From Phoronis australis (taxonomy: Eukaryota > Animalia > Phoronida), in the NCBI GenBank assembly GCA_002633005.1, contig NMRA01000484.1, positions 248,001-312,000 of the forward strand: a DNA stretch of 64,000 nucleotides, in the 5' to 3' direction. This document shows, one piece after another, positions 36,944-48,600 of this stretch; position 1 is the stretch's first letter; each line of letters begins with the position of its first letter. The position numbers were made by a program, and so were the translations under genes. Below the pieces are notes generated by a model. It was given only the letters and a program-made list of their open reading frames with translations. It did not search any database and was not told where the DNA came from.

Positions 36944-37150
36944 TGTTTTCGTTTATAGAACGTGGCACGTTGGAGAAAAGTAAAAATGATTAGATTTTCT
37001 ATCCTTTACTTTTGGCACGCGTTGCAACACGTGAATTCCTAACAATTGACGTGAATGCTACATTAGAATGAAATAGAATGGAACACAATTTTATTTCTCA
37101 CATGACCTGGAATGTGTTACGACACGAATGGTTAATAACACCGAGTACGT

Positions 37151-37268
37151 AAATATAGATTATTACATGGCGAAGTCGTTATCCTCCGTCATCTAGAGGC
37201 CCAGTGGATTTTGGAGAATTATCGCCCGAGGGACGATAACGACTGAGAACATGTAATAATCTATTTAT
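37151..37268. mobile_element. Palindromic Crypton-like non-autonomous terminus
   Basis: atagattattacatg...catgtaataatctat inverted arms enclosing gcccgaggg. Confidence 0.45.
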
Positions 37269-37365
37269 ACCACATACCACCGAATATTAGCGTCAAATCG
37301 CAAACACAACCGTGTAATAACCCATTTAGTTATCTCACAAGTGAGAACATTTTGGCGGGAAACTG

Positions 37366-37432
37366 AAGCCGGCTTCGAACCGGGCCTCAAGAGTTTCAAG
37401 TTGCCGACTTTACCATTACACACTTAGCGGCT
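37366..37432 (-). pseudogene. tRNA-derived SINE head or pseudo-tRNA
   Basis: Minus strand has A-box-like gtgtaatggta and B-box ggttcgaagcc at tRNA-like spacing; acceptor stem does not pair well. Confidence 0.4.
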
Positions 37433-37794
37433 GACGTCATCGAACGTGAAAATAAAATTATTTAAATGAGTACGCGCAACAATCGCATGTTCAGCAAAGG
37501 GCGTTGTACCGACATTTATACGTTATGAAAAATAAGACGCATAATTTCGATAAAAACGATATTTTAATTCATTGAAATTTTCTCTCGTGTTCTCTAACTT
37601 CTAAATCACCGATCTCCAATTTGAATGTGGGTATCCTGTCTTCGGGATCCTTTGACTTGAGCTTTGGGCAACCGACCCCCATGAGATTCAGCATGTCAAA
37701 AAGTACCAGTGTGCTAAATTTGGTGCTTTAATCCGAGGTGTAAACGTTTTCGGGTTAAGGGCCTGGACTATTATACTCAGTTACTAGTGTACGG

Positions 37795-38728
37795 TAGGCA
37801 ATGACCATCGCCTCTGTTGGCCCGAACCAGAGGCGATGCAGATCCTATAGTAGGCTATGACCATCGCCTCTGTTGGCCCGAACCAGAGGCGATGCAGCTC
37901 AGGCGCTCTGTACGCCGGAAGCTTTTCCGCGAATTATGCCTCGCACCGACTAAACCATCAAAGTTACAAATACCTTTTGCGCATAGAGGAACACCTTAGG
38001 AGGTTGTCGGTGTGTTTAATTCCTTCCAACTCGAACAAATACTCCCGTTATGAAACTTTTTCTTCGAGAAGTCCCTATTTTAGATCCCAAAATCGTGAAA
38101 TCGACATTTTCATTTTTTAACCAGACCGAAGGTCAGAAGTTGCAGTCCTACCAGCGAACTTTGAAAGCTGAAGTTCCCGCCCTTTGCGTACGGGCATTTG
38201 CCGTGTTTTTAAACATTAAAATGTCAAATATGTACACAAAGACTATTAAATTTCATATCAACAGCATTTATTTTTATCAAATCATACAATCAGTTTCAAG
38301 TAACGCCAATTAAAGACAAGTATAAGTGGTGGCATTTTGGAAACGAACATTTGACCGACAAGACGGCAATGGCTCACCTTTGGCCTATTTAAAGATTGAG
38401 GTCATGAAGTCACATCACCTAGCGAGCGCGGTAAAAATTGGAGCGTGCGCAGTATAAAAATGTTGATTTCACGATTTGGGGAACTGGAATAGGGACTGCT
38501 CGAAGAAAAAGTTTCATAACGGGAGTATTTGTTCGAGTTGGGAGGAATTAAACACATCGACAACCTCCTAAGGTGTTCCTCTATGCGCAAAAGGTATTTA
38601 TAACAACGTGAGTTTGATGGTTTAGTCGGTGCGAGGCATAATTCGCCGAAAAGCTTCCGGCGTACAGAATGCCGATAGGAGCTGCATCACCTCTGGTTCG
38701 GGCCAACAGAGGGGATGGTCATTGCCTA
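37795..38728. mobile_element. Foldback MITE with ~270-bp terminal inverted repeats
   Basis: 37851-38110 is the reverse complement of 38457-38728; first ~47 bp duplicated at 37795; ttactagt at 37781 and 38729. Confidence 0.85.
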
Positions 38729-39484
38729 TTACTAGTAGTAACCTATTTTAGCAGACGATATTTTCCCGGTCGAAGCTTAGCGTGATAAAATGTGTAGTAA
38801 GCTGTAATAGTTGCTGAACCTTAATATATAGATTCACTTTATTTCTGTTTTGTTTAAATTTTCAATTGGTTTTGAGTAAAAGCGTTATTTGACAAAAATA
38901 GCACGGTTTTTTAAAAGGTCACGACCTCCGACCCCGGGCCTCTGACATTACAAAGTAGTTACACAGCCGAGACGAGTCTAGAAAGGTAGGCCATTCTAGC
39001 AGCTTTCGTATCGACACAATATTATTGTATTGTTGGTTTAAAATTTTTTTGATGTTTGGTAGTTTAGTTTTTGACAAATACAAATGTGCAAATAGTTTTT
39101 TCGTTGCGGCTGCCTAAGCAGAGGCACCTCTGGCAAAAATGTTTTGATGGGTCACTGAAAAGCCAACTCTAATTAAACCAATAATCTAGTTTTAGTATAT
39201 TTCCCGGTTTACACCGGCGTACTTAACGTTTTCTCCGAATTTTGAGTACCGATTGTTAGCTTTTGGCTTTTAAACATTAAGTTACACCGATATTACTACT
39301 GCAAGTCTCATGTTGAGGCATCACGTGTTTAAGAAAAAAAATATCGGATGATGACTTAGTTTTTGAGCTATTTCAGTTTAGTTCATACACTGTCACATAA
39401 GAAAGCAAGCAAATTTCAAGAACACGATTGCCCCACAGTATTTCTCCAGATGATGATTAGTTGCACGTTATGCGTATAGTGAAG

Positions 39485-39726
39485 CATGCGCGCACCCAGC
39501 CTTTAATGACCATGCTGACCTTTTGCTGACAAAAAAGGCTACAGGACTAAAAAACGGGGTACCACCTTCAGAACTCTGAATTGTTCGTCTGCGCCTTTTT
39601 GGTGAACTTTGTCTCGTTTTCTGGTACATTTTGTTTCTCTGTGATGGACCTTTTTGCCCACCTCGTCCAATGGGGGGGGGGGGNGGGGGGGGGGGGCTCA
39701 TTCAAGTCCCCCTGGGTGCACGCATG
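39485..39726. mobile_element. MITE with 5-bp TSD (tgaag)
   Basis: TIR catgcgcgcacccag...ctgggtgcacgcatg flanked by tgaag on both sides. Confidence 0.7.
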
Positions 39727-40126
39727 TGAAGGGATTGTGTAATAAGTAAGATTGGTGATAATGAAACTAAAACTGGGAGCTACATCTTTCATGAATTCAA
39801 ATTTGCCATTTAACCACAAAGTTTCAACAAGAGATCAAGCAAAATCAACTTTTTTCAAATTGATTTATATATTCTTTGATATCAAAATTAATATTTAAAT
39901 GGCGTCCGAAGAGGTTGTTACTGGCTGTAATGCACCACAAAAAGAGTAACCGGGATCGATAAGTAACGCATTTCTTACATTATATTTAGGGATGGTATAG
40001 TGCAGAGGTAGGTCTATACTTTACATGTGTTGTGGTTGGCCACCAGTGTCGACTCATGGATAGGTCTGAGTTCTAAGGAATTGAGCTATTGAATTGAAAA
40101 CTCAGAAGAGAGATGAAAACGAGCCT

Positions 40127-40500
40127 GCCGGGATTTTCTCTAGATAAGTCCATAGGCGTGTATTCGGAAAATGAAAAACTTCAGAAGATATTTTAGCAAC
40201 ACTAAATAAACGCCCAGGCGTTTATTTAGAAAAGGGGGTGTGTGAATGGAAAGTCAGGGGTTTCCTGACTTTGAAATTTTTTACTTTAAATTTTATGTTA
40301 ATAAATGTAGTTCGCCAACCTTTTGTTCATTTTTTATGAATGATAAATGCTCCACAAAACTGAATTTGTGACTAAAAGTTGACGCCCCACTATCTGGACA
40401 CTTGACACCAGAAGTTGTAACACCAAATAATTGGGTATAATTTTCCGAATAAACGCCCATGGGCGTTTCATCGGGTGGGCTTATCTACGGAAAACCCCTG
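40127..40500. mobile_element. MITE with diverged TIRs
   Basis: tagataagtcc..ggcgtgtattcggaaaa versus ttttccgaataaacgccc...gggcttatcta. Confidence 0.55.
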
Positions 40501-42535
40501 TGCCACTGAATAGGATTCATTTTGAGTAACAAAATCTCAACGAAATCTTCACTGACGACCAAATAACCCTGTCCATGACTTTCCAAAAAGTAACAGCAGC
40601 CCTCCCAAGACACCATCATCAAGAGGGCTGCCATGATCTACCAACACAAAAACTGAGTAAAGTTTGGTCAATAATTTATTTTTTTCTAATACAAATAACT
40701 ACAATAGACTTCACACCAGGGAGGAGTTACCTATATTGTAAGTCATACCAAACCTTTCTCGAAGGAAAACTGTGTAAATGGCATGCAGCTTCAGAAAAAA
40801 ATCAAAATAAAAACAAATACAAATCCTCCTTTTAACAGATGAACATGTAGAAAATTTGATAATAGGGTGAAATCTTCATTCTTAGCATAAATCCAATACA
40901 TCTATACAGTGATAAACTAACAAAAGTGCAAAAATAAAGACTAGGATAGGTAACACTAGGAAAGCTAATAAATTTCTAAAACTCTACAAATGCATGTAAC
41001 CCTAAACGGGTCCTTTTTGTAAAGGTGAACAGCTAAATAAGTACACAAGAGTAAATCTATAAAGAACATTTCATGTAAATACACATTCAAGTTAAATGAT
41101 TTTTTAAAATAACATTAGGGGTAGATATTGCAAAGAGATATAGTAGAATTCAAGAAATGAAGTCACAAATTTGTGTGGTCATGTCGGAGAAATTACAAAG
41201 TGATTCTATTCCAAAGTTTTCGATATTCAACAAAGTGATTGTCACTCGTTAAAATCTACCAGCGACAGCCTCTGGCAACTGTAATGATGCAAATGACTAA
41301 TCAAATGTTTTTCAAAAGATATTAATCAGGGGCTCTCAATCACAATAGTGCAAACATCAATCAAAATGAGACCAAACAAATGAGACCAAATACAGAACCA
41401 GATTTAAACAAAAATATACAATCGATACAACACGAGATTCCTAAACTTTTTGAAAATGTTAATTGCAGGTTTAAAAAATAAGTCTATTAACCACTTCATC
41501 TAAAACAAATTTTCTACCAGTTGGTGATAGTGGCATAAAGTCATAAAATATCGCAAGATATCATAGCTTTGCAAGTAAAACAGTATGTTACAACAGCGGA
41601 TATAGATTCAGTAGCAATAGAATACTGTTTCCTAATAGGGCGTTGGCTTGCATGACGGACCTGTGCCTTCCGACAGGGAAACTTTTTGGGTTGAGGGGAA
41701 AATCCCTCCAGTCACCACCAATTCCACCACCTGGTCGCCACACCTCATTGAAAATGCCTCTAAGTTTTGCAGAAGTGATTCTAACTTTGAGGAGGATATG
41801 GGGGCCTGATGAGAGGAATTTCAAGTGATTTTTATTAACTATTTTTCACAAGGGAAAATCATGGGCCTTGCATACAGCCACCTTAGACAAGTTTTTAGAA
41901 TTAAATAGGTTAAGAAGAAACTAACTTTTCATTCAGACGACTTACCGTGGCAATAAAATTGGTCTCAACTTTTTTCCTTAATCAGATGAGAAGTGACTTT
42001 TGGTTTTGCAAAGAAGACAATTCGTTATTTCGCGAGACCATGCACGGGTCACAAAAAGACAAGCCACAACAAGTCAACTTGTACAGCTGCATCTCAAGCA
42101 ACAACCAACTGACGACTCTTTCCAAGCCAGCAAATCACACCAACTTTGGCTAAGGAACAATTTGCAATCATGGTATGTGACCTGTTAAGAATTGTTTTTG
42201 TGCTGAAAGGTAGGTTTACAGCGGCTTTCTTATAGATCCAATTACACATAAAGTCGCAATGAACAGTTTTATGTTTTTCACGGAACAATGGCAGGCAAAG
42301 CCAACAACAAATGACCTGAACCCCGTAACATGTCCCTGAAGATCGAGAAGCTAGTTTTGTGGTGGAGGCAACAAGTTATTCCAACAGCCTGAACATACAA
42401 TACCGAAGTCTATAATAAACATTTCTTACTAAACAATTAGCACCTAACAATATGAAGCAATACTTGGACGAAATGACTGGACTTTCTAATAGAAATATAA
42501 TATACAAAGCTGACACATGGTGGATCAGATGGTCA

Positions 42536-42636
42536 TTAATCAGCGACGGCTTTACTGGCAAACGTGGCCAGTGATGTCATCTCTGACGGGAGTCTGGACA
42601 GTTCGACTGTTTCTTCGTTGCTTTCATCGATTAAGG
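42536..42636 (-). CDS. wls: wntless last coding exon (...[26 protein letters not shown])
   Basis: tttcag| acceptor in phase 1; TAA at 42536-42538; C-terminal KxxxD as in other Wls proteins. Confidence 0.85.
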
Positions 42637-45600
42637 CTGAAATCGTACAATCATCCGGGTGTCAGGACAGGGACAAAAAGTGACATCACACATAACAACG
42701 AATCCACAATTTTGCTTATAAAGACACACCTGTCTCTGTTGTGATTCCCTGAAGATCAACACTTCAAGCAACTTTAAACAAATTTTTCATATTGCCCAAT
42801 TCACGCTTGGTAGTTATTGATAGATTAGTGTTGAGCAATGACACTTGTGACTTTTTAAAAGTATTCAAATTATTCATCTGCAAACCTGATTTGACCTTGC
42901 ACAATTCTTTCAATGATTGATAGATTCATGTAGCTTCAAAACACTTGACCCAAATACCACCATACTTCTAAACGAACCCCGAAATCAACACATCGCCTGC
43001 AACTAAGATGGCTAACTTTTGACATAACAGCTTTCTGTTCCTATTGTACAAGGTAGAAAAACAATTTAGTTGCCAGCCTCACTTTAATTTATTCAAGTAC
43101 AACAGACATTTGTAGTATCACACCACAGGTCACAATGTTCATATGGTGTCTGGTCCCTGGATTTAGGGGTTCTGTTACTTAACTGTTTCTCCCATGTATG
43201 TTGAACTTCCTTTTATAAATAGTTTGGCTGCTGGTATTAAGCCACAATGCAGTCATGAATGACTAATACTACAGTCGTGAATCACTAACACTACAGTCGT
43301 GAATGACTAACACTGCAGCCGTGAATGACTAACACTACAGTTGTGAATGACTAACACTACAGTCGTGAATGACTAACACTGCAGTCGTGAATGACTAACA
43401 CTACAGTTGTGAATGACTAACACTGCAATCGTGAATGCCTAACACTATAGTCGTGAATGACTAACACTACAGTCGAGAATGACCAACACTGCAGTCATGA
43501 ATGACTCACCTGTTTCAGTAGGGACATGCCTAGTCTTGGATGATGGCGCATAGAGGATCAGCAACAGGAATACATAGAGGTTCCACATTCCATATACACC
43601 TGGATAAAACAAATCACCATTAACAAATCCCTGCAACTCGGCAATATACCTTTTTGTAGTCAGCAATGAACCTTTACTGTATTGAAATCTACCTTGTAAA
43701 ATGCTCTTTTCACTTTGCAAAACATTCGTTCATACATGCCTAGATTTCTCAACTCAGGAATATGCAACATCATTATCCATCTTAGCAAAAAGTTGGAAAA
43801 TATCGCCATATAACCTATAGATAACACAGTGGCTCTACAACATTGTGGTTAGTGTGGTGTGCTTAAAACACGGCACGATAAGATGAAGTTCAAAACAGCT
43901 GTCATCAAAATTGTGCTACAAAGGAGGTCCTTCACTACGGAACATCACAACACAATGCAAGTTTCCAGTGTACAATGGGGTCTACAAGAACATGTCAAGC
44001 TTAAGCTAACACTAGGGAACGACTTGTCAGCAAACGTGTAAAAACAATCACAGAAAAACAGCAATAATGAAATACCTATAGCATGTAATAATGTTGGGGT
44101 TGATACGGACTGAAACACATTCAAACCACGTGCATAAAGATTGCATACATTGTCTAATTACAATGCCAATGGCACCGTGGAGTGGTGATATGCCCCCACC
44201 GTGTTCATCGCATACAGCACAGAAAGAATGGATGACCATTATTTAAAAAATCCCCAGTTGCGCTCTCCTCACTAAGAACAAATATACCATACATCATGAA
44301 GATCTCTCAAGAAACACAGAGCAATCCGTCAAGGAATTTTGGAGATATTTAGTCACGGGCAAAAGAAATTAAAGTGCCACAAGGGAGCACCACAGCACTA
44401 GAATCCATCCAAAGAATAGTGTAAGGTGTGCCATTGTTGGTAAGAGCATATATGCCAATTTTGATAATGATCTTTCAAGTAATTTTGCCAAAACACAGAA
44501 TCAGAAATTATAGGGTGGCTTGGAATATGTCCAATTCATCCTGTAATGGAAAGACAGCACTGTCTCTTTAACGGTAACCAGTTTGCCAAACTTCTTGAAA
44601 GTCGTGAGGGAACATCACAGATATGTTGGAAAAATGTAAAAACTAAAACTGTCACTATGACGTACAACGGCAGTCAGAATCATTCGAGAGTCGTCTTCAT
44701 ACATTGTAAAGTTTACAGAAATACACTTGCCAAATACCACAAAGATCCTGCACGGGGACTCAAAAGTTACAGCCACAGATGCAAAAAACAAAACTGCCAC
44801 CAGAGGCACTAGAGTAGTCAGAGTGTCCAGAAAATTACGGTTAGCCAAACTCCTCTCGGAATCTTCCAATTTTCAAAATGATTCTTTGGGCAGTTTTGCA
44901 GATAGAGGTGGATGCCAAAACAGACCCATCCAAAAACGAAAAAGCAATAACTATTTGTCACATTTCATGAAAATCTATCAAGAGACTGAAGATACAGAGG
45001 CAAATATAAGCAACTAAAATTGCCATCAGATGGCACAAGAGTAGTTGGAACCTTCCAAATGTTCAAAAGTTGTTGCATGCCAAAAAGATTCTAGGAAATG
45101 CAGCTGCATATGAACAGATGCCGGACAGAGATAACAGAAATATATGACCACATAAAGATAAGTGGGAGCACAACTAAAAATTTGTCACTCTTCTGCTTTT
45201 ACCCTAAAGCAGACTTGAATGGACTAGTGTGTTGTGTGTCGGCCTACCTGTTAAGAATGCACTGGTGTAATTGAGAGACTGGTAGCCTTCGTGATGCATC
45301 CTCCATTCACTCTCACTGATCTCGCTGACGATGTAGAAACACACTGTCATGGCCGAACAGAGCACTGTGAGCACCATAAGGAAGTAGAACCGATACATTA
45401 AGCCCTGTAACAGAGAATAGATAGCTAATGATACAAGATATCATGGCAGACACTTAGCTATAACACTTTACAGGTCCAGGAGCAGAGAATAGATGAAGAA
45501 TGATACACGATATCACATCAGCCAGTTGGTCATAATACTCCATAGGCCTGGGAGTAGAGCATAAATGAGGAGTGATACATGATATCATAACAGACAGCAG

Positions 45601-48600
45601 GTCATTACACTCCACAGGTCCTACATTGAAGAAGATATGACTCATTATACTGGATATCATAGCAGACACCACTTCTAACACGAGCACTACACCATGGTAT
45701 TAAGCTGTATGAATCACTTTTTATACCGAAAAAAAATTTATAAACACCTTTAGTTAGAAGCGCCAAATTTAAAGCATCTACCTGGTAGAACCTTTTCCTA
45801 GCCGAGGTCATGTTGGGCAAAGCAGATCTCTTGGCACAGATGTTCCGAAAGACACGGACAATCATGTATAGGAGGAAGAGGAAGTAGGCTACACCGGCGA
45901 CACCAGCAAGACCAATGAACGTGTACTGACTAGGTTAGGGAGAGAAACTCTTAGGTAGGACACATTTTGTCGATATTGCATAGGTTGTTTTGTAGACTCC
46001 CCAAAAATCCTTGCAAAGGTNAATGTGTAAAAACAATCACAGAAAAACAGCAATAATGAAATACCTATAGCATGTAATAATGTTGGTGTTGATACGGACT
46101 GAAACACATTCAAACCACGTGCATAAAGATTGCATACATTGTCTAATTACAATGCCAATGGCACTGTGGAGCGGTGGTATGCCCCCACCATGTTCATCAC
46201 ATACAGCACAGAAAGAAGGGATTACCATTATTTAAAAAATCCCCAGTTGCGCTCTCCTCACTGAGAACAAATATACCATACATCATGAAGATCTCTCAAG
46301 AAACACAGAGCAATCCACCAAGGAATTTTGGAGATATTTAGTCACAAGGGAGCACCACAGTGTAAGGTGTGCCCTTGTTGGTAAGAGCATATGCCAACTT
46401 TGATAATGATCCTTCAAGTAATTTTGCCAAAACACAGAATCAGAAATTATAGGGTGGCTTGGAATATGTCCAATTCATACTGTAATGGAAAGACAGCACT
46501 GTCTCTTTAACGATAACCAGTTTGCCAAACTTCTTGAAAGTCGTGAGGGAACTTAACAGATACGTTGGAAAAATGTAAAAACTAAAACTGTCACTATGAC
46601 GTACAACGGCAGTCAGAATCATCCGAGAGTCGTCTTCATACATTGTAAAGTTTACAGAAATACACTTGCCAAATACCACAAAGATCCTGCACGGGACTCA
46701 AAAGTTACTGTACAGCCACAGATGCAAAAAACATAACTGCCACCAGGGGCACTAGAGTAGTCAGAGCGTCCAGAAAATTACAGTTAGCCAAACTCTTCTC
46801 GGAATCTGCCAATTTTCAAAATGATTCTTTGGGCAGTTTTGCAGATAGAGGTTGATGCCAAAACAGACCCATCCAAAAACGGAAAAGCGATAACTGTTTG
46901 TCGTATTTCATGAAAATCCGTCAACAGACTGATGATACAAAGGCAAATATAAGTAACTAAAATTGCCAACACATGGCACAAGAGTAGTTGGAACCTTCCA
47001 AATGTTCAAAAGTTGTTGCATCTCTTGTAACACAGATAACAATACACAGCAAAATTTCACAACAATTTTGCATGCCAAAAAGATTCTAGGAAATGCAGCT
47101 GCACATGAACGGACGCCGGACAGAGATAACAGAAATATATGACCACATAAAGATAAGTGGGAGCACAACTAAAAATTTGTCACTCTTCTGCTTTTACCCT
47201 AAAGCAGACGTGAATGGACTAGTGTGTTGTGTGTCAGCCTACCTGTTAAGAATGCACTGGTGTAATTGAGAGACTGGTAGCCTTCGTGATGCATCCTCCA
47301 TTCACTCTCACTGATCTCGCTGACGATGTAGAAACACACTGTCATGGCCGAACAGAGCACTGTGAGCACCATAAGGAAGTAGAACCGATACATTAGGCCC
47401 TGTAACAGAGAATAGATAGCTAATGATACAAGATATCATGGCAGACACCTAGCCATAACACTTTACAGGTCTAGGAGCAGAGAATAGATGAAGAATGATA
47501 CAGGATATCACATCAGCCAGTTGGTCATTATACTCCATAGGCCCGGGAGTAGAGCATAAATGAGGAGTGCTACATGATATCACAACAGACAGCAGGTCAT
47601 TACACTCCACAGGTCCTACATTGAAGAAGATATGACTCATGATACTGGATATCATAACAGACACCACTTCTAAAACGAGCACTACACCATGGTATTAAGC
47701 TGTATGAATCACTTTTTATACCAAAAACAAATTTATAAACACCTTTTTGTTAGAAGCGCCAAATTTAAAGCATCTACCTGGTAGAACCTTTTCCTGGCCG
47801 AGGTCATGTTGGGCAAAGCAGATCTCTTGGCACAGATGTTCCGGAAGACACGGACAATCATGTATAGGAGGAAGAGGAAGTAGGCTACACCGGCGACACC
47901 AGCAAGACCAATGAACGTATACTGACTAGGTTAGGGAGAGAAACTCTTAGGTAGGACACATTTTGTCGATATTGCATAGGTTGTTTTGTAGACTCCCCAA
48001 AAATCCTTGCAAAGGTATCTGTGAGCATTTTTTAGTCAGAAACAACCCCACCAATGAATCAATTGGTTTAATTTATGCTGTTCTGACAATACGTAAATCA
48101 GCATTTGTTGAGTTATAAATGCTCACTCAAAATTTTATCCATTAAACGACATCATATTACCAGAACATTTGAACGTCATGGTTACATCCATACAACTGCT
48201 TTTCAAGAGAAATAAGTTTTGTGCACTAACAGTTGTAATATGTCTTCAAGAAGACGTGCACACAAACATGTAATGGAATGGGCCGCACAGATGCAAGCGT
48301 GAAGCTAAAGGATACCGCCAGCTTGGTAGATGTCTCAGACGCCCAGATGCTGTAGAAAGGGTTGTACAACTGCACTCCCCTGGAAAAGAACGGCATTTTG
48401 GCACTGGAGTAACTTGACAGGGACGAGCTGGTGCCACAGTGGTCAGGCATTGCTTTCGTGCTACGACTGGGAATTAGACCTCAACTGAGAGGGCAAAACG
48501 ACCATTCACAAAGACTTCCAGTTTGATGTGTTGGGTAGTTAGGTTAAAATTAACATGCAAAAGAACGGAATGCATGAAAGCCGACAACTTTCAAGGAATA

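Larger units (their letters stand above)
44035..48016. repeat. ~2-kb tandem duplication (44035-46020 / 46022-48016) joined at a single N
   Basis: Near-identical copies with scattered SNPs and indels; N at 46021. Confidence 0.95.

Noticed and set aside
33483-36958. Many plus-strand ORFs of 60-126 aa
   Set aside because: Antisense shadows of the long minus-strand ORF
37366-37432. Functional tRNA gene
   Set aside because: A and B boxes are present but the acceptor and anticodon stems do not pair; treated as SINE-derived
42730-42748. Possible wntless micro-exon (ag|...|gt)
   Set aside because: 19 nt would shift the frame and exon 12 already joins the last exon in phase
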